From an uncultured delta proteobacterium (GTDB lineage Bacteria > Myxococcota_A > Polyangia > Polyangiales > Polyangiaceae), in contig CAWKKR010000005.1 of the NCBI GenBank assembly GCA_963850305.1, positions 320,001 to 384,000 on the forward strand: a stretch of DNA of 64,000 nt, written 5' to 3'. Shown piece by piece: positions 8,753 through 18,910 of the stretch. Under the pieces are notes generated by a model, which made no database searches, was not told the DNA's origin, and saw only the letters and a program-made list of their open reading frames with translations. How positions within the stretch are numbered: the first letter of the stretch is position 1; each line of letters starts with the position of its first letter. Both the position numbers and the translations under genes were made by a program.

Positions 8753-11700
8753 ATGGATCCGCGTGACATGGACGCGCTGGTACAGCGACTCGTCCAAAAC
8801 CCCCACGACCAGGACGCGATCTTGTACGCGCATAGCGCCGGGCAGCAGGACCCGCGTGCCTACGCGATGTTGCTCGAGAAGGTCGGGACGGCCACGGCCG
8901 ACCCGGCGCTCGCCAGCCACTGGCTGACCGAGGCCGCGAACGTGTGGGTATTGTCGCTCAATGACGCACATCGTGCGGCTCGGGCGCTCATGATCGCCAT
9001 CGACCGTGACCCCACTCAGCCAGCGCCGGCCGAGCGCCTAGCCGAGCTCTACCAGGAAAAGGGGGATACCAAGGCGTTGGCCGCGCTGCTCGAACGCCGC
9101 GCGAAAGCTCTCGCGCCCCTGTCGCAGAGGGATCCGTCCATGCGGGCCCACGTGGCCAGCATTCACGAGGAGCTCGGACGTCTGTGGTCCGAGCCGCCGC
9201 TGGGGAACCCATCGAAGGCCATCGAGAACTACCGTCGGGCGCTCGATTACGATCCGAGCAGCCAGTACTCCATCTACGCTATCCGGGAGGCTTACAAGGC
9301 GGATGGGCAAACAGCCGACGCCATCCCGTACTATGCGCTCGAGCAGTCGCTCGTCGATGATCCGGAGCGAAAGGTCTCCCTCTTCGCCGACGAAGCAGAA
9401 GCGAGGAAATCGATCGGCGATATCGACGGCGCGCTGGCCGCGCTCGAGAATGCGAGACGAGTAGAGCCGGGCGATCCGGCTCTCAAGCAGCAGCTCGCCA
9501 CCCTGGTTCTCGAACGGGTGCGCGAAGGCGAGCCCGTCGATGAGAACTGGAAGGCCGTCGGTGCGCAGCTCTTCGTCGAGCTTTCGGAGGAGTATCCAGG
9601 CGAGCACGGGTACGCCTATTCGACCTGCGCGCTCGAGATCTTGCCGGGGCACGACCGGGCGGTTCAGCTTGCCATCTATTATGGCGACCAGCTTGGTCGC
9701 GGCGGCGAGGTGGCTCCGCACGCCGCGAGCTATCTCAAGGCGAATCCAAATGGAGCGCTGGCCGCCGAGGCGCGCCGCGCCGCCGGCGGGAGCGCCCCGC
9801 GTGCCGCCGTGCCGGTCGCGAAAGCGGGGGCCCCTCAAGCTGGACGTTCGACGGGCACACACCAGGCCGCAGCGGTCCGCAGGACTGCTTCCCGACCGGC
9901 CCCTTCGGCTGCAGATCGCACGATCGACGATCTCGACGCCGTGGAGGACGACGAGGAGGAAATCGAGGCAGACTCCGAGCCGCCGGAGCCCGATGTCGAT
10001 GCGATCGACGCACTCGTCACGAAGGCGCAACAGCTCGCCGCAAAGAACCGGAAAAACGAGGCCGCGGGCATTTACCGCGACGTCCTCAAATCCGATCCGA
10101 CGAACTCGGAAGCGCTCGCGTTCCTCCAGGGTCATCTGAAACAGTCTCGAAAATTCGGGGATCTGCGAGATCTTCTGCTCCGCGCGACGCGATCCAAGGA
10201 TGCGGACCACGAGTTGCGAGTTGGCTGGTTCCGGGAGATCGCCGGACTTTCGGAGACGCAACTCCGCGACTTCGATACGGCCATTCAAGCGTGGCAAGAA
10301 CTCTTGTCGCTGGATCCCGCGGAACCCCAGGCGAGGGAGCAGCTGCGTCGCCTGCTCGAGCGCGCGAATCGTTGGGACGAGCTGACGCAGTTGCTCGAAC
10401 AGGAAGCGGACCAGGAGGCAGACGTCGAAGTGCGCATCGCGCTCGAAAAGCAGCTCGCGAAGCTGCACGAGGCGAAACGCAAAGACGTCACCGCGGCGGG
10501 CCGCGCGTGGGCCCGGATCGCGACGCTCACTCCGGAGGACGACGCGGCCGTCACGACGGCGCTCAAGCTGTTCGAGAAGGCGGAGCGGCTGGATCTGGCG
10601 GCGCAGGTCATCGCGGACAACGTGGGCGGTATCTCCGATGAGACCGCGCGGGGGGGGCTGTACAGAAAGCTGGGAGAACTGCGGAGAGCGAGCGGAGATC
10701 TGGTCGGGGCAGGGGACGCGTTTTCCGACGCGGCACGCGTCGCACCCGACTCTGCCGGCTGGGAAGCGGCCGAGCAAGCGTACGCAGCGGCTGAAGCATG
10801 GGTGCAAGCTGGCGCCGCCGCGAACGAACGAGCGCAGCTCGCGAAGTCTCCCAAGCAGCAAGCGGCGCTGTACGCGGTCGAGGCCGACTATCTCGTCCGC
10901 GGTGGGGACGTGGAGGCGGCGATCATTCGCCTCGATCAGGCCGTCGATGTCGACCCGACCAGCGATGAGATTGCGGCGCGGCTCGAGCAGCGGCTGAATG
11001 ACGCCGAGCGTGCGGGGGACGTCGCGCAGCTATTGCTCCGTCGCGCGCAGAAGCATCCGGACAAGGCCGCCAGGGTCGAGCTCCGGAAGCGGGCCGCCAA
11101 GATTCAGCGGGAGACCCTCGGCGATCCAACGCTTGCACGTGAGAGCCTGGAGCTCTTGCTCGAAGATGGTGACGATGCCGATGCCCTCTCCCTGCTCGCG
11201 GAGGACGCCGAGGAGCGCGGCGAGCTTTCGGACGCGGTCGATTATCTTGCCCGTCTCGTGCGTGCGACGCCGGATCGCAAGGCGCAGATCCCGGTGGTTC
11301 TCCAGCAGGCGCGGATCCTTTCGGAGGGGGTCAAAGATGCCGACGCTGCCGTCGAGCACTATCGGCGCGTCTTGGAGGAGTTCGATCCGACGAACGTCGA
11401 AGCGCTCGGCGCGCTAGCCAATTTGGAGGAGCAGCGAGGGAACCATGCAGACGCGGCGCGCGCGCTGGAGCAGCTGCTGAAGATCGCCGCACGGCCCGAG
11501 CAGAAAGTAGAGATCGCCGGACGTCTCGCGACACTTTACGAGAACGAGCTGGGCGACGCGCGGTCGGCCCTCGGGGCGCTCAATATCGTTCACGACGCGG
11601 ACCCGGACGATTTTCAGGCCGTGCAGCGCATCGTCGACCTCGCCGAGCGCCTGGAAGAATGGGGGATCGTCGCCGAGCACACCGCGCGTCTCGTCGAGGT

Positions 11701-13978
11701 CGAAGGGGACGACGAAGAGGTGAGCCGTATGACGCGGCACCTCGCCGAAGTGCTTGCGGACAAGCTGGACCGCGGGGAAGAAGCCATGCTGGCGCTGGCG
11801 CCCGTCGCCGAACAAGGGGACGTGGAGTGCCGCGCGGCGTTCGTCGAGCTCGGAGATCGGCTCGACAAGAAGAAGCTCGTCGCGACGAAACTCGTCGAGT
11901 GGTTCGGCCATGCCCCGCCGTCTCCAAAGCGCGACGAGGAACTGAATGGGGCGTTCGATCGCTTCGTGGAGGTCGGGGCGGACGCCGAGGCGGCGTCGAT
12001 CGGCAAGGAGCTTGCCCGGCTGAGGGTGGCCAGAAAGGATGTCGCGGCACGCCTCGAAGAAATCGCAGTGCGCCTCAGGGATCTGGACGCCCTGGCCGTG
12101 AGTCACGACCTCATCGTCCGCGAGCTCAGCGGAGCGTCGCGCGCGGAAGAGATGGTCCGTCAGGCCGAGGTTCTCGTGCGGGCAGGAGTCGATCCCCTCG
12201 AAGCGGTGCAGCACGGGGAACAGGCGCTGACGAGTGTCGCCCCCGATGATGTCGGTGCGCTCCTCGCGCGTCTCGGGAAGCTCGTCGACGCTCCCGGGCA
12301 CGTCATCGACCTGTACGAGCGTCAGGTCGCGCGATGCAAGGCGCCGACGGATCGCCTCAACGCGCTGGCGAGAGCGGCGCAGATCGCCGCGGAACGTGAC
12401 GCGCTCGACCGCTCGCGCGGCTTTTTCGATATTGCACTGGCTGCGGGCGTTCAGGAAGAAACCCTCGGGACGCTCGAAAACGCCGCGCGCGCTACCGACG
12501 AGGCCCGCCGCAGCACGACGCTTCGGACGACACTCGCGGAGGCGCTTGCTGCGGGCGGGCAGGGATCGCGAGATGGCGGGCGCACGCGTGGCGCGTTGCT
12601 CAGGCGCGCGGCGCGCATGGTTCATCGGGAGCTCGGTGATCGCGAGCGTGCGTTTGCGTGGCTCGGCGACGCGCTCGTCACGCACGTCGAGGACGCAGCT
12701 CTCGATGCCCTGACGGATCTCGCGACGGAAGTCGGCGATCTGGGGCGCGCGGAGTCCGTGCTGACGCGCGCGCTCGGCGAGGTCTTCGACGGGCCGCTGG
12801 TTCGCAAACTGCTGGGGCGTCGCGCGGCGTTGCGCACGGAGTCCCTCGACAACAAACCGGGAGCCGCGGAGGACCTGAAGCGGCTTCACGAGCTTTCGCC
12901 GGCAGACACTGACGTCATGGACAAGCTGTCGGCGCTCTACACGGACCTCGGCGACTACCGCGGAATGGTCCAGCTGTATGAGGATCAGATCCTCCGAGGT
13001 CGTGATCAGGGCCAGCGAGCGGAGCTCGCTCGTAAAGTGGCTCGGCTTTGGGAAGAGCGACTCGACGACGCTCGCGAGGCGGCGGACGCGTGGCGTCGGG
13101 TTCTCAGAATGAAGGCTGGAGACGCGGAGGCAACCGCAGGGCTCGAGCGGGCGAAGTCCAACATGCTCAAAAAGCCGTCGCCGGACGACGGCGAGCCGGC
13201 GCCGACGAGGAAGGCCGCAACGTCGGTCGAGACCGTTCCCTCCACGGATCGTGTTCCTGAGGCGCCCGTCGCCGCGATGAGCTCCGAGGCCGTGCCGGAG
13301 GCGAAGGAGTCGCCCGAAGGAAAGCCCGCGCCCGTTGGCGCTGCCGCCGTGTCGGAAGGCGGGAGCGGCCCGGTTCCAGCGAACGAACCCGAGCCGGCGC
13401 CAACGCCGCCTGAAGAAGAAGCATCCGCATCGACCGAAGCAAGCCCGCGTGGGGGGACACCGTCGCCAACGCCTCCGGTCGTTGTTGCGGCGGTAGCCGC
13501 GCCAGGCCCGTCCGAACCCAACGGCGCAGCGGCGACTGAATCCGACGAGACGGATGTGGACTTCTCGGAGACGGCGCAGCCAGCGCCCCCGCCCGTGTCC
13601 CGCGGGTCCAGGCGACCGCCGCCGCCGCCCCTTCGCGCGTCGCGGCCTCCACCGCCTCCGAGTCGAACGGGATCGTTGCCGCCGCCGCCGCCACGCGGGC
13701 CGGGCATCTCCGGGCGCACGCCGCTCGCGCCACCGGCCCGTTCTGCACCGCCGCCTCCACCATCGCTCCGGGCGTCGCGTCCGCCCGTGCCTCCGTCGCG
13801 AGTCGGGCCTGTTTCGGCTCGTCCGGCGCCCCCCCCGCTGGCGTCCATCGAGAAGACCCTCGGTTCCACGAATTTCGATGATCGACCAAGCGATGCCACG
13901 GAGGTCAGGCTGCCTCCGGGCCTTCGGAAGTCGGAAGAAGAGGCCGAGGAAATCGAGGACGACGAACTCTTCGAGTGA
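8753..13978 (+). CDS. Giant TPR-repeat protein (AgmK/GltI-like architecture) with Pro-rich and acidic C-terminal tail
   Basis: About 1740 aa with many TPR-type helical repeats (A..YR..L..DP....AL..L). Tail has multiple RPPPPP motifs and ends EEIEDDELFE. Confidence 0.88.
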   Translation: MDPRDMDALVQRLVQNPHDQDAILYAHSAGQQDPRAYAMLLEKVGTATADPALASHWLTEAANVWVLSLNDAHRAARALMIAIDRDPTQPAPAERLAELYQEKGDTKALAALLERRAKALAPLSQRDPSMRAHVASIHEELGRLWSEPPLGNPSKAIENYRRALDYDPSSQYSIYAIREAYKADGQTADAIPYYALEQSLVDDPERKVSLFADEAEARKSIGDIDGALAALENARRVEPGDPALKQQLATLVLERVREGEPVDENWKAVGAQLFVELSEEYPGEHGYAYSTCALEILPGHDRAVQLAIYYGDQLGRGGEVAPHAASYLKANPNGALAAEARRAAGGSAPRAAVPVAKAGAPQAGRSTGTHQAAAVRRTASRPAPSAADRTIDDLDAVEDDEEEIEADSEPPEPDVDAIDALVTKAQQLAAKNRKNEAAGIYRDVLKSDPTNSEALAFLQGHLKQSRKFGDLRDLLLRATRSKDADHELRVGWFREIAGLSETQLRDFDTAIQAWQELLSLDPAEPQAREQLRRLLERANRWDELTQLLEQEADQEADVEVRIALEKQLAKLHEAKRKDVTAAGRAWARIATLTPEDDAAVTTALKLFEKAERLDLAAQVIADNVGGISDETARGGLYRKLGELRRASGDLVGAGDAFSDAARVAPDSAGWEAAEQAYAAAEAWVQAGAAANERAQLAKSPKQQAALYAVEADYLVRGGDVEAAIIRLDQAVDVDPTSDEIAARLEQRLNDAERAGDVAQLLLRRAQKHPDKAARVELRKRAAKIQRETLGDPTLARESLELLLEDGDDADALSLLAEDAEERGELSDAVDYLARLVRATPDRKAQIPVVLQQARILSEGVKDADAAVEHYRRVLEEFDPTNVEALGALANLEEQRGNHADAARALEQLLKIAARPEQKVEIAGRLATLYENELGDARSALGALNIVHDADPDDFQAVQRIVDLAERLEEWGIVAEHTARLVEVEGDDEEVSRMTRHLAEVLADKLDRGEEAMLALAPVAEQGDVECRAAFVELGDRLDKKKLVATKLVEWFGHAPPSPKRDEELNGAFDRFVEVGADAEAASIGKELARLRVARKDVAARLEEIAVRLRDLDALAVSHDLIVRELSGASRAEEMVRQAEVLVRAGVDPLEAVQHGEQALTSVAPDDVGALLARLGKLVDAPGHVIDLYERQVARCKAPTDRLNALARAAQIAAERDALDRSRGFFDIALAAGVQEETLGTLENAARATDEARRSTTLRTTLAEALAAGGQGSRDGGRTRGALLRRAARMVHRELGDRERAFAWLGDALVTHVEDAALDALTDLATEVGDLGRAESVLTRALGEVFDGPLVRKLLGRRAALRTESLDNKPGAAEDLKRLHELSPADTDVMDKLSALYTDLGDYRGMVQLYEDQILRGRDQGQRAELARKVARLWEERLDDAREAADAWRRVLRMKAGDAEATAGLERAKSNMLKKPSPDDGEPAPTRKAATSVETVPSTDRVPEAPVAAMSSEAVPEAKESPEGKPAPVGAAAVSEGGSGPVPANEPEPAPTPPEEEASASTEASPRGGTPSPTPPVVVAAVAAPGPSEPNGAAATESDETDVDFSETAQPAPPPVSRGSRRPPPPPLRASRPPPPPSRTGSLPPPPPRGPGISGRTPLAPPARSAPPPPPSLRASRPPVPPSRVGPVSARPAPPPLASIEKTLGSTNFDDRPSDATEVRLPPGLRKSEEEAEEIEDDELFE

Positions 13979-13984
13979 CCTGGT

Positions 13985-14875
13985 TCAGCGCTCCGCAGAG
14001 CCGACCTGAAATGCTCCTGCTCCGCCGTCCACCCGGGCGGGCATACCGAGGTGTAGCGGATCGTTGCACCGACCATGGCCCCCGGGGAACCCGGCAACGA
14101 CTGGTACTCTCAATATCTCCAGCCGCTCGCGCAGCACTGATTCGATCGGCACCCCGTGTCTGCCAGGCGCCGCGTCCGTGAACTCACCGACGACGACGGC
14201 GGCCACGTCATCGAAGGCTCCCGCGGAGATCAATGCAGTCAACATGCGATCGACGCGGTACGGCGCCTCGGCGATATCTTCGATGAAAAGGACGGCGCCC
14301 CGTGGGACCCGAAGCCTTCCCGCCGCGGCGCAAGTGAAAAGGACCGTCAAGTTGCCCCCAAATACCGGACCCACCGCCGTGCCTCCGCGGTAAGGCACGA
14401 GGTTCGACCAGGACCTGAGGCGCTCGGGGTGTTCGATGGCGGCAACCCAATCCTGCCGGGCCTGGCCGTCTTCGCGGCCGAGGCCCGCGAGATTGTGAGC
14501 GTGCAGCGACGCGACGCACCTTCGGCTAGCTTCCACGTGAAGAGCCGTGATGTCGGAAAAGCCGACAATCCACTTCGGGTGGTCACGCAGAGCCGCCACG
14601 TCAACGGCATGGGCGATCCGCGTGAGGCCGTACCCACCTCGAGCGGCTACGATGGCGCGCGCCTTCGGGTCCCTGAGCGCCGCGTCGAGCTCGGAGGCCC
14701 TGCGGAAATCCGAGCCTGCCAGAAACCCCTCGCGGGCAAAGAGCCCTTGGCCAAATCGCACCTCGTACCGTTCCGCGAGCCACCCGAGGCCCCGAAGCAC
14801 GAGCGTGCGGTCGAAAGGCCCCGAGGGTGCTACCACATGCACGCGGTCTCCGGGGCGGAGGGCGTCAGGAACCAT
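13985..14875 (-). CDS. ldcA: LD-carboxypeptidase (peptidase S66)
   Basis: LRPGD.V.VVAPSG, ARGGYG, GFSDITALH, GGNL, LFIEDIAE, FPGGH (Ser-Glu-His triad). Confidence 0.9.
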   Translation of the reverse strand: MVPDALRPGDRVHVVAPSGPFDRTLVLRGLGWLAERYEVRFGQGLFAREGFLAGSDFRRASELDAALRDPKARAIVAARGGYGLTRIAHAVDVAALRDHPKWIVGFSDITALHVEASRRCVASLHAHNLAGLGREDGQARQDWVAAIEHPERLRSWSNLVPYRGGTAVGPVFGGNLTVLFTCAAAGRLRVPRGAVLFIEDIAEAPYRVDRMLTALISAGAFDDVAAVVVGEFTDAAPGRHGVPIESVLRERLEILRVPVVAGFPGGHGRCNDPLHLGMPARVDGGAGAFQVGSAER

Positions 14876-14941
14876 CACTTTGCCGATCGTCGCCAAGCGC
14901 GTCCCATCCGGCAAAGAAGCCGCGTATTGTCGGCGGGTCCG

Positions 14942-15868
14942 ATGAATCGACAGAGCGCCATTTCACGTCTCTCGAACATCGCGGTCAACGACGTGTTTCC
15001 GCTCGCGCGGCAGCTCGTACGGCGGACGCGGCGAGCGGTCGACGACCTCGCGCTGCGGACGCTTGGTCCTGATTTCGAGGAGCGCGCCGCGCGCGTTCGC
15101 GCCCGTTACGATCGGATGGGAGGCGATCCATTCGGTCTCGACCCCGACTTTACCAAGTACATCTCGATGGGAGCGGCCGTCTTTCATCGCCTCTACTTTC
15201 GCGCGACGGTGCACGGCGCGCACAACGTGCCGGAGGGTCGCGCGCTCCTGATCTCGAACCACTCCGGGCAACTACCGATCGACGGCATGATCATCGGGAT
15301 GTCCATGTTCATGGACGCCGAACCTCCCCGGATGGTTCGAGCGATGGTGGAGAAGTGGGTGCAGACACTGCCCTTCGTGTCCATGCTGTTCAATCGAACG
15401 GGGCAGGTCGTGGGTGTGCCCGAGAACTGCGCGCGGCTCCTCGAGCAGGAGGAGCTGATTCTCGCCTTCCCCGAGGGAACACGCGGCATCTCGAAGCCGT
15501 TCACTCGACGCTACCAGCTCGAGGAGTTCGGCCTTGGCTTCATGCGGCTGGCGATCGAGACGCGGTCGCCAATCGTTCCCGTTGCCGTGATTGGCGCCGA
15601 GGAGCAGTTCATCAACGTCGGGAACCTCGACTGGCTGGCGAGGGCGCTCGGCGTCCCCGTGCTGCCGATCGTCCCGCAGTTCCTGATTCCCGGAGGGATG
15701 ATGCCCCTGCCGACGAAATACCACGTGTACTTCGGCGAACCGATGCATTTTGACGGCGACGCGGACGACGATGACTCGATAATCGAAGAAAAGGTGTGGC
15801 TCGTGCGCCAGACGATTCAGAGCATGATCAACCGTGGGCTCAAAGAGCGAAAGAGTCTCTTCTTTTGA
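14942..15868 (+). CDS. Lysophospholipid/glycerol acyltransferase (PlsC family)
   Basis: SNHSGQLPID, FPEG, GFMRLAI, PIVPVAVIGAEE. Confidence 0.9.
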   Translation: MNRQSAISRLSNIAVNDVFPLARQLVRRTRRAVDDLALRTLGPDFEERAARVRARYDRMGGDPFGLDPDFTKYISMGAAVFHRLYFRATVHGAHNVPEGRALLISNHSGQLPIDGMIIGMSMFMDAEPPRMVRAMVEKWVQTLPFVSMLFNRTGQVVGVPENCARLLEQEELILAFPEGTRGISKPFTRRYQLEEFGLGFMRLAIETRSPIVPVAVIGAEEQFINVGNLDWLARALGVPVLPIVPQFLIPGGMMPLPTKYHVYFGEPMHFDGDADDDDSIIEEKVWLVRQTIQSMINRGLKERKSLFF

Positions 15869-16917
15869 TGGAAGATCAAGGCGACAACGGAGAGCCCACC
15901 GAAGGCGAGCCGCGGGCGATCGAACGGCGGCAGAGACGGTCTCGACGAAGTTCCGACCTGCTCGCGCCCGAGCTGTTGGATCGTATGAGCACCGGGGCCG
16001 TCGTAGTCACGGGTATCTGCGGTCGGCTCGGCCGTCGCGTCGCGCGCTTCTTGCATCGAGACCGCGCCGTCATCGGCCTCGACCGGCGTCCATTCCCCGA
16101 TCGGCCGAAGGATATCGAGCACTGTCAGATCGATCTTCGACGAAAAAAGGCAAAGGAGGTCTTCAGAAACCGCAAGATTGCGGCTCTCGTTCACCTCGGC
16201 GTGATGCACGATCCCCGTGACAGCGGCGAGGACCATCACACGTGGAATGTGGTCGGGTTCCAGAAGCTGCTCGAATACGCGAGGCAGTCAGACGTGCCGA
16301 AGGTCGTCCTTCTGTCGAGCGCGAACGTTTACGGCCCGCGCCCCGACAATCCACAGTTTCTGACGGAGGACGCACCCCTCCTGGCGGCGAGTGCCTTCAG
16401 CGAAATGCGCGATCTCGTCGAACTCGACATGCTGGCGCAGTCCTTCTTCTGGAAGCATCCGAACACGGAGACGGTGATTCTGAGGCCGGCTCACATTCTC
16501 GGAACGGTGAGGAACGCGCCGAGCAACTACCTCCGGCTACCAGTCGTCCCCACTCTCATGGGCTTCGACCCGATGATGCAGGCGGTCCATCAGGACGACG
16601 TCGTCTCTGCGATTCGCCTCGCGCTCCGGCCTGGCGTTCGCGGAATCTTCAATGTTGCCGGACCGCCGCCGCTGCCCCTTTCGCACGCGGTTCAGATGCT
16701 CGAGCGCGGGCAACTACCAGTGCCACACTCGGTGGCGCGCGTGACGCTCGATCGACTCTGGAAGATGCGTCTTACCTCGTTTCCGGCGCCAGAGCTCGAC
16801 TTCATCCGTTATGTTTGTATGGTGGACGACTCACGCGCACGTCAGGTGCTCGGATACGTCCACGGTCATGGAATCGAAGAAACGCTGCGCGCCGTGGATC
16901 AGGAGCGATGGCTGTGA
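15868..16917 (+). CDS. NAD-dependent epimerase/dehydratase (extended SDR)
   Basis: VVVTGICGRLG Rossmann motif, SSANVYG, VHQDDV, GIFNVAG. TGATG coupling to the upstream gene. Confidence 0.88.
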   Translation: MEDQGDNGEPTEGEPRAIERRQRRSRRSSDLLAPELLDRMSTGAVVVTGICGRLGRRVARFLHRDRAVIGLDRRPFPDRPKDIEHCQIDLRRKKAKEVFRNRKIAALVHLGVMHDPRDSGEDHHTWNVVGFQKLLEYARQSDVPKVVLLSSANVYGPRPDNPQFLTEDAPLLAASAFSEMRDLVELDMLAQSFFWKHPNTETVILRPAHILGTVRNAPSNYLRLPVVPTLMGFDPMMQAVHQDDVVSAIRLALRPGVRGIFNVAGPPPLPLSHAVQMLERGQLPVPHSVARVTLDRLWKMRLTSFPAPELDFIRYVCMVDDSRARQVLGYVHGHGIEETLRAVDQERWL

Positions 16918-17150
16918 ACCTCCGGGCGTTCGGCTCAGGAGGAGCGGTGGTGTTTGCGTGTTGCTCCCTCTATGGCTGCGCGCCTCACGCGCTCGGTCTC
17001 CCACCGGGACCATCCCCCGAATACGAGCGTCCGATGGTACCGGTGCCGGATGGAGGGGCGCGGCAGCCGCCCCAGTCGGCCCGGGACGGCGGGAGCGCGC
17101 AGAAGCAAACACAATTCGACCATGCGCGGTTTGTCGTCGGGGTGCGTTGA
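16914..17150 (+). CDS. Small putative lipoprotein
   Basis: AGGAG 8 nt before a GTG that overlaps the upstream TGA. Hydrophobic stretch ending LYGC, then PPGPSPEYE. Confidence 0.5.
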   Translation: MNLRAFGSGGAVVFACCSLYGCAPHALGLPPGPSPEYERPMVPVPDGGARQPPQSARDGGSAQKQTQFDHARFVVGVR

Positions 17151-17172
17151 GCTAGCATTCATGGGCGGAGTC

Positions 17173-18429
17173 ATGATTTCTGCGATCGACGTCAAAACGC
17201 TCGCCGAGCGCGCCAGGGCTGCCTCGAGAAGGCTGGGTCGTCTCGATCGGCGAGCGAAGGACGCCGCCTTGGCCGCGATTGCCTGCTCGTTACGCGAAAG
17301 CCGAGAACGGATCCGTGAGGCCAACGCGCGCGACATCGAGCGCGCTCGGGCAACCGGGCTACCCGCGGCGATGCTCGAGCGACTCGACATGGGACCGAAG
17401 GTGCTCGAATCCACCGCAAAGGGGGTCGAGCACGTGATCACGCTTCCCGACCCCGTCGGGAGTCGCGCCGGGATGCAACGCCTCGAGAACGGTCTGCTGG
17501 TTGGCAAGCAACGGCTCCCACTGGGCGTCATCGCGATGGTGTACGAGTCTCGTCCAAACGTGACCGTGGACGCAGCGGCACTCTGTTTGAAGGCAGGCAA
17601 CGCGGTGCTCTTGCGGGGCGGCAAGGAGGCGGTCGAAACGAACGCCGTTCTCGGGGACGTTCTTCGCGGCGCGCTCGAAGCGTCCGGCCTTCCAGCGGAC
17701 GCCGTCGGCATCGTGCCGGCCGGGGATCACGGGTCCATCAAGGAGCTCATCGGTCTCTCCGGGCTCGTGGACGTCGTGATCCCTCGCGGTGGGGAAGGTC
17801 TCATCCGGTTCGTCGCGGAGAACGCACGCGTTCCCGTTCTGAACCACTTCAAAGGTGTCTGTCACCTGTTCGTCGACGATGGCTCGAGTGTCGACATGGC
17901 CGTTGCGCTAGCCCTGAACGGCAAGGCGCAGCGGCCCGGTGTGTGCAACGCGCTCGAATGCCTGCTGGTACACGAGGGCGTCGCCGCGTCGCACCTGCCG
18001 AAGGTCGCAGCGGCGCTGATCGATCGCGGCGTCGAAATTCGAGGGTGCCCGCGGACGGTCGAGCTCGTTCCTGGCGCCGTTCGCGCCTCCGAAGAAGACT
18101 GGGGCAGGGAATTCCTGGATTTGATTCTTGCCGTCCGCATCGTCCCTGGTCTGGACGCCGCGATCGAACACATCGAGCGATACGGATCGAATCACACCGA
18201 GGCGATCTGCACCGACAGTCACTCGCGGGCGCAGCGCTTCTTGCGAGAGGTCGACGCGAGCTGTGTTCTCGTCAACGCCTCCACTCGCTTCAACGATGGT
18301 GGCCAGCTCGGGCTCGGCGCGGAAATCGGAATTTCCACCACGAAGTTGCACGCCTACGGACCGATGGGGTTGGAGGGGCTCACTGCAGAAAAGTGGATCG
18401 TGCTGGGCGAGGGGCAGGTGAGAGGTTGA
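17173..18429 (+). CDS. proA: Gamma-glutamyl phosphate reductase
   Basis: PLGVIAMVYESRPNVT, LRGGKEA, IPRGG, CNALE, NASTRFNDGGQLGLGAEIGIST.KLHAYGPMGL. Confidence 0.97.
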   Translation: MISAIDVKTLAERARAASRRLGRLDRRAKDAALAAIACSLRESRERIREANARDIERARATGLPAAMLERLDMGPKVLESTAKGVEHVITLPDPVGSRAGMQRLENGLLVGKQRLPLGVIAMVYESRPNVTVDAAALCLKAGNAVLLRGGKEAVETNAVLGDVLRGALEASGLPADAVGIVPAGDHGSIKELIGLSGLVDVVIPRGGEGLIRFVAENARVPVLNHFKGVCHLFVDDGSSVDMAVALALNGKAQRPGVCNALECLLVHEGVAASHLPKVAAALIDRGVEIRGCPRTVELVPGAVRASEEDWGREFLDLILAVRIVPGLDAAIEHIERYGSNHTEAICTDSHSRAQRFLREVDASCVLVNASTRFNDGGQLGLGAEIGISTTKLHAYGPMGLEGLTAEKWIVLGEGQVRG

Positions 18430-18436
18430 GCCCTTG

Positions 18437-18910
18437 GTGACGACCAAGAAAGCGTTGCGGAAAAGCTCCGCGTCCGTTCGACCGCGGGGGATCCCGCGCC
18501 CACCGCGGAAGGCGCGCCCGGAGTCGTCGCGTCCCGTCGGAAGTCGCGACGCGAGCGCGAAGCTTGCGCTGCTCGCCGCCGAAGCGGGACTCGACAAGAA
18601 GGCGGCGGCGATCGAGATCGTGGATGTCTGCGGCAAGGTGGACTACGCAGATTTTTTGGTGCTCATGACGGGTTCGAGCGATCGTCACGTCGCAGCCATT
18701 GCTGATGCGGTCGAGGAATTTCTCGGCAAGCACGGCGCGCAGTCCATCTCGATGGAGGGCCGCATGGCGGCGAGCTGGGTGCTCATCGATTTCGTCGACA
18801 TCGTCGTGCACGTGTTTCAGCGCGAGGCGCGTGCAGTCTACGATCTCGACGGACTCTGGATGGACGCGAGTCGATTGCCGCTTCCAGGTTTGCGCGCCGA
18901 CGAAACGTGA
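18437..18910 (+). CDS. rsfS: Ribosome silencing factor
   Basis: DKKA..I..VDV, ADFLVLMTGSSDRHVAAIAD, WVLIDFVDIVVHVF...R..YDL..LW. Confidence 0.95.
   Translation: MTTKKALRKSSASVRPRGIPRPPRKARPESSRPVGSRDASAKLALLAAEAGLDKKAAAIEIVDVCGKVDYADFLVLMTGSSDRHVAAIADAVEEFLGKHGAQSISMEGRMAASWVLIDFVDIVVHVFQREARAVYDLDGLWMDASRLPLPGLRADET

Noticed and set aside
9038..12889. Long antisense ORFs (607 and 491 aa) and similar Arg-rich ORFs throughout the window
   Set aside because: They are stop-poor shadow frames typical of high-GC DNA, overlap well-supported genes and carry no motifs.
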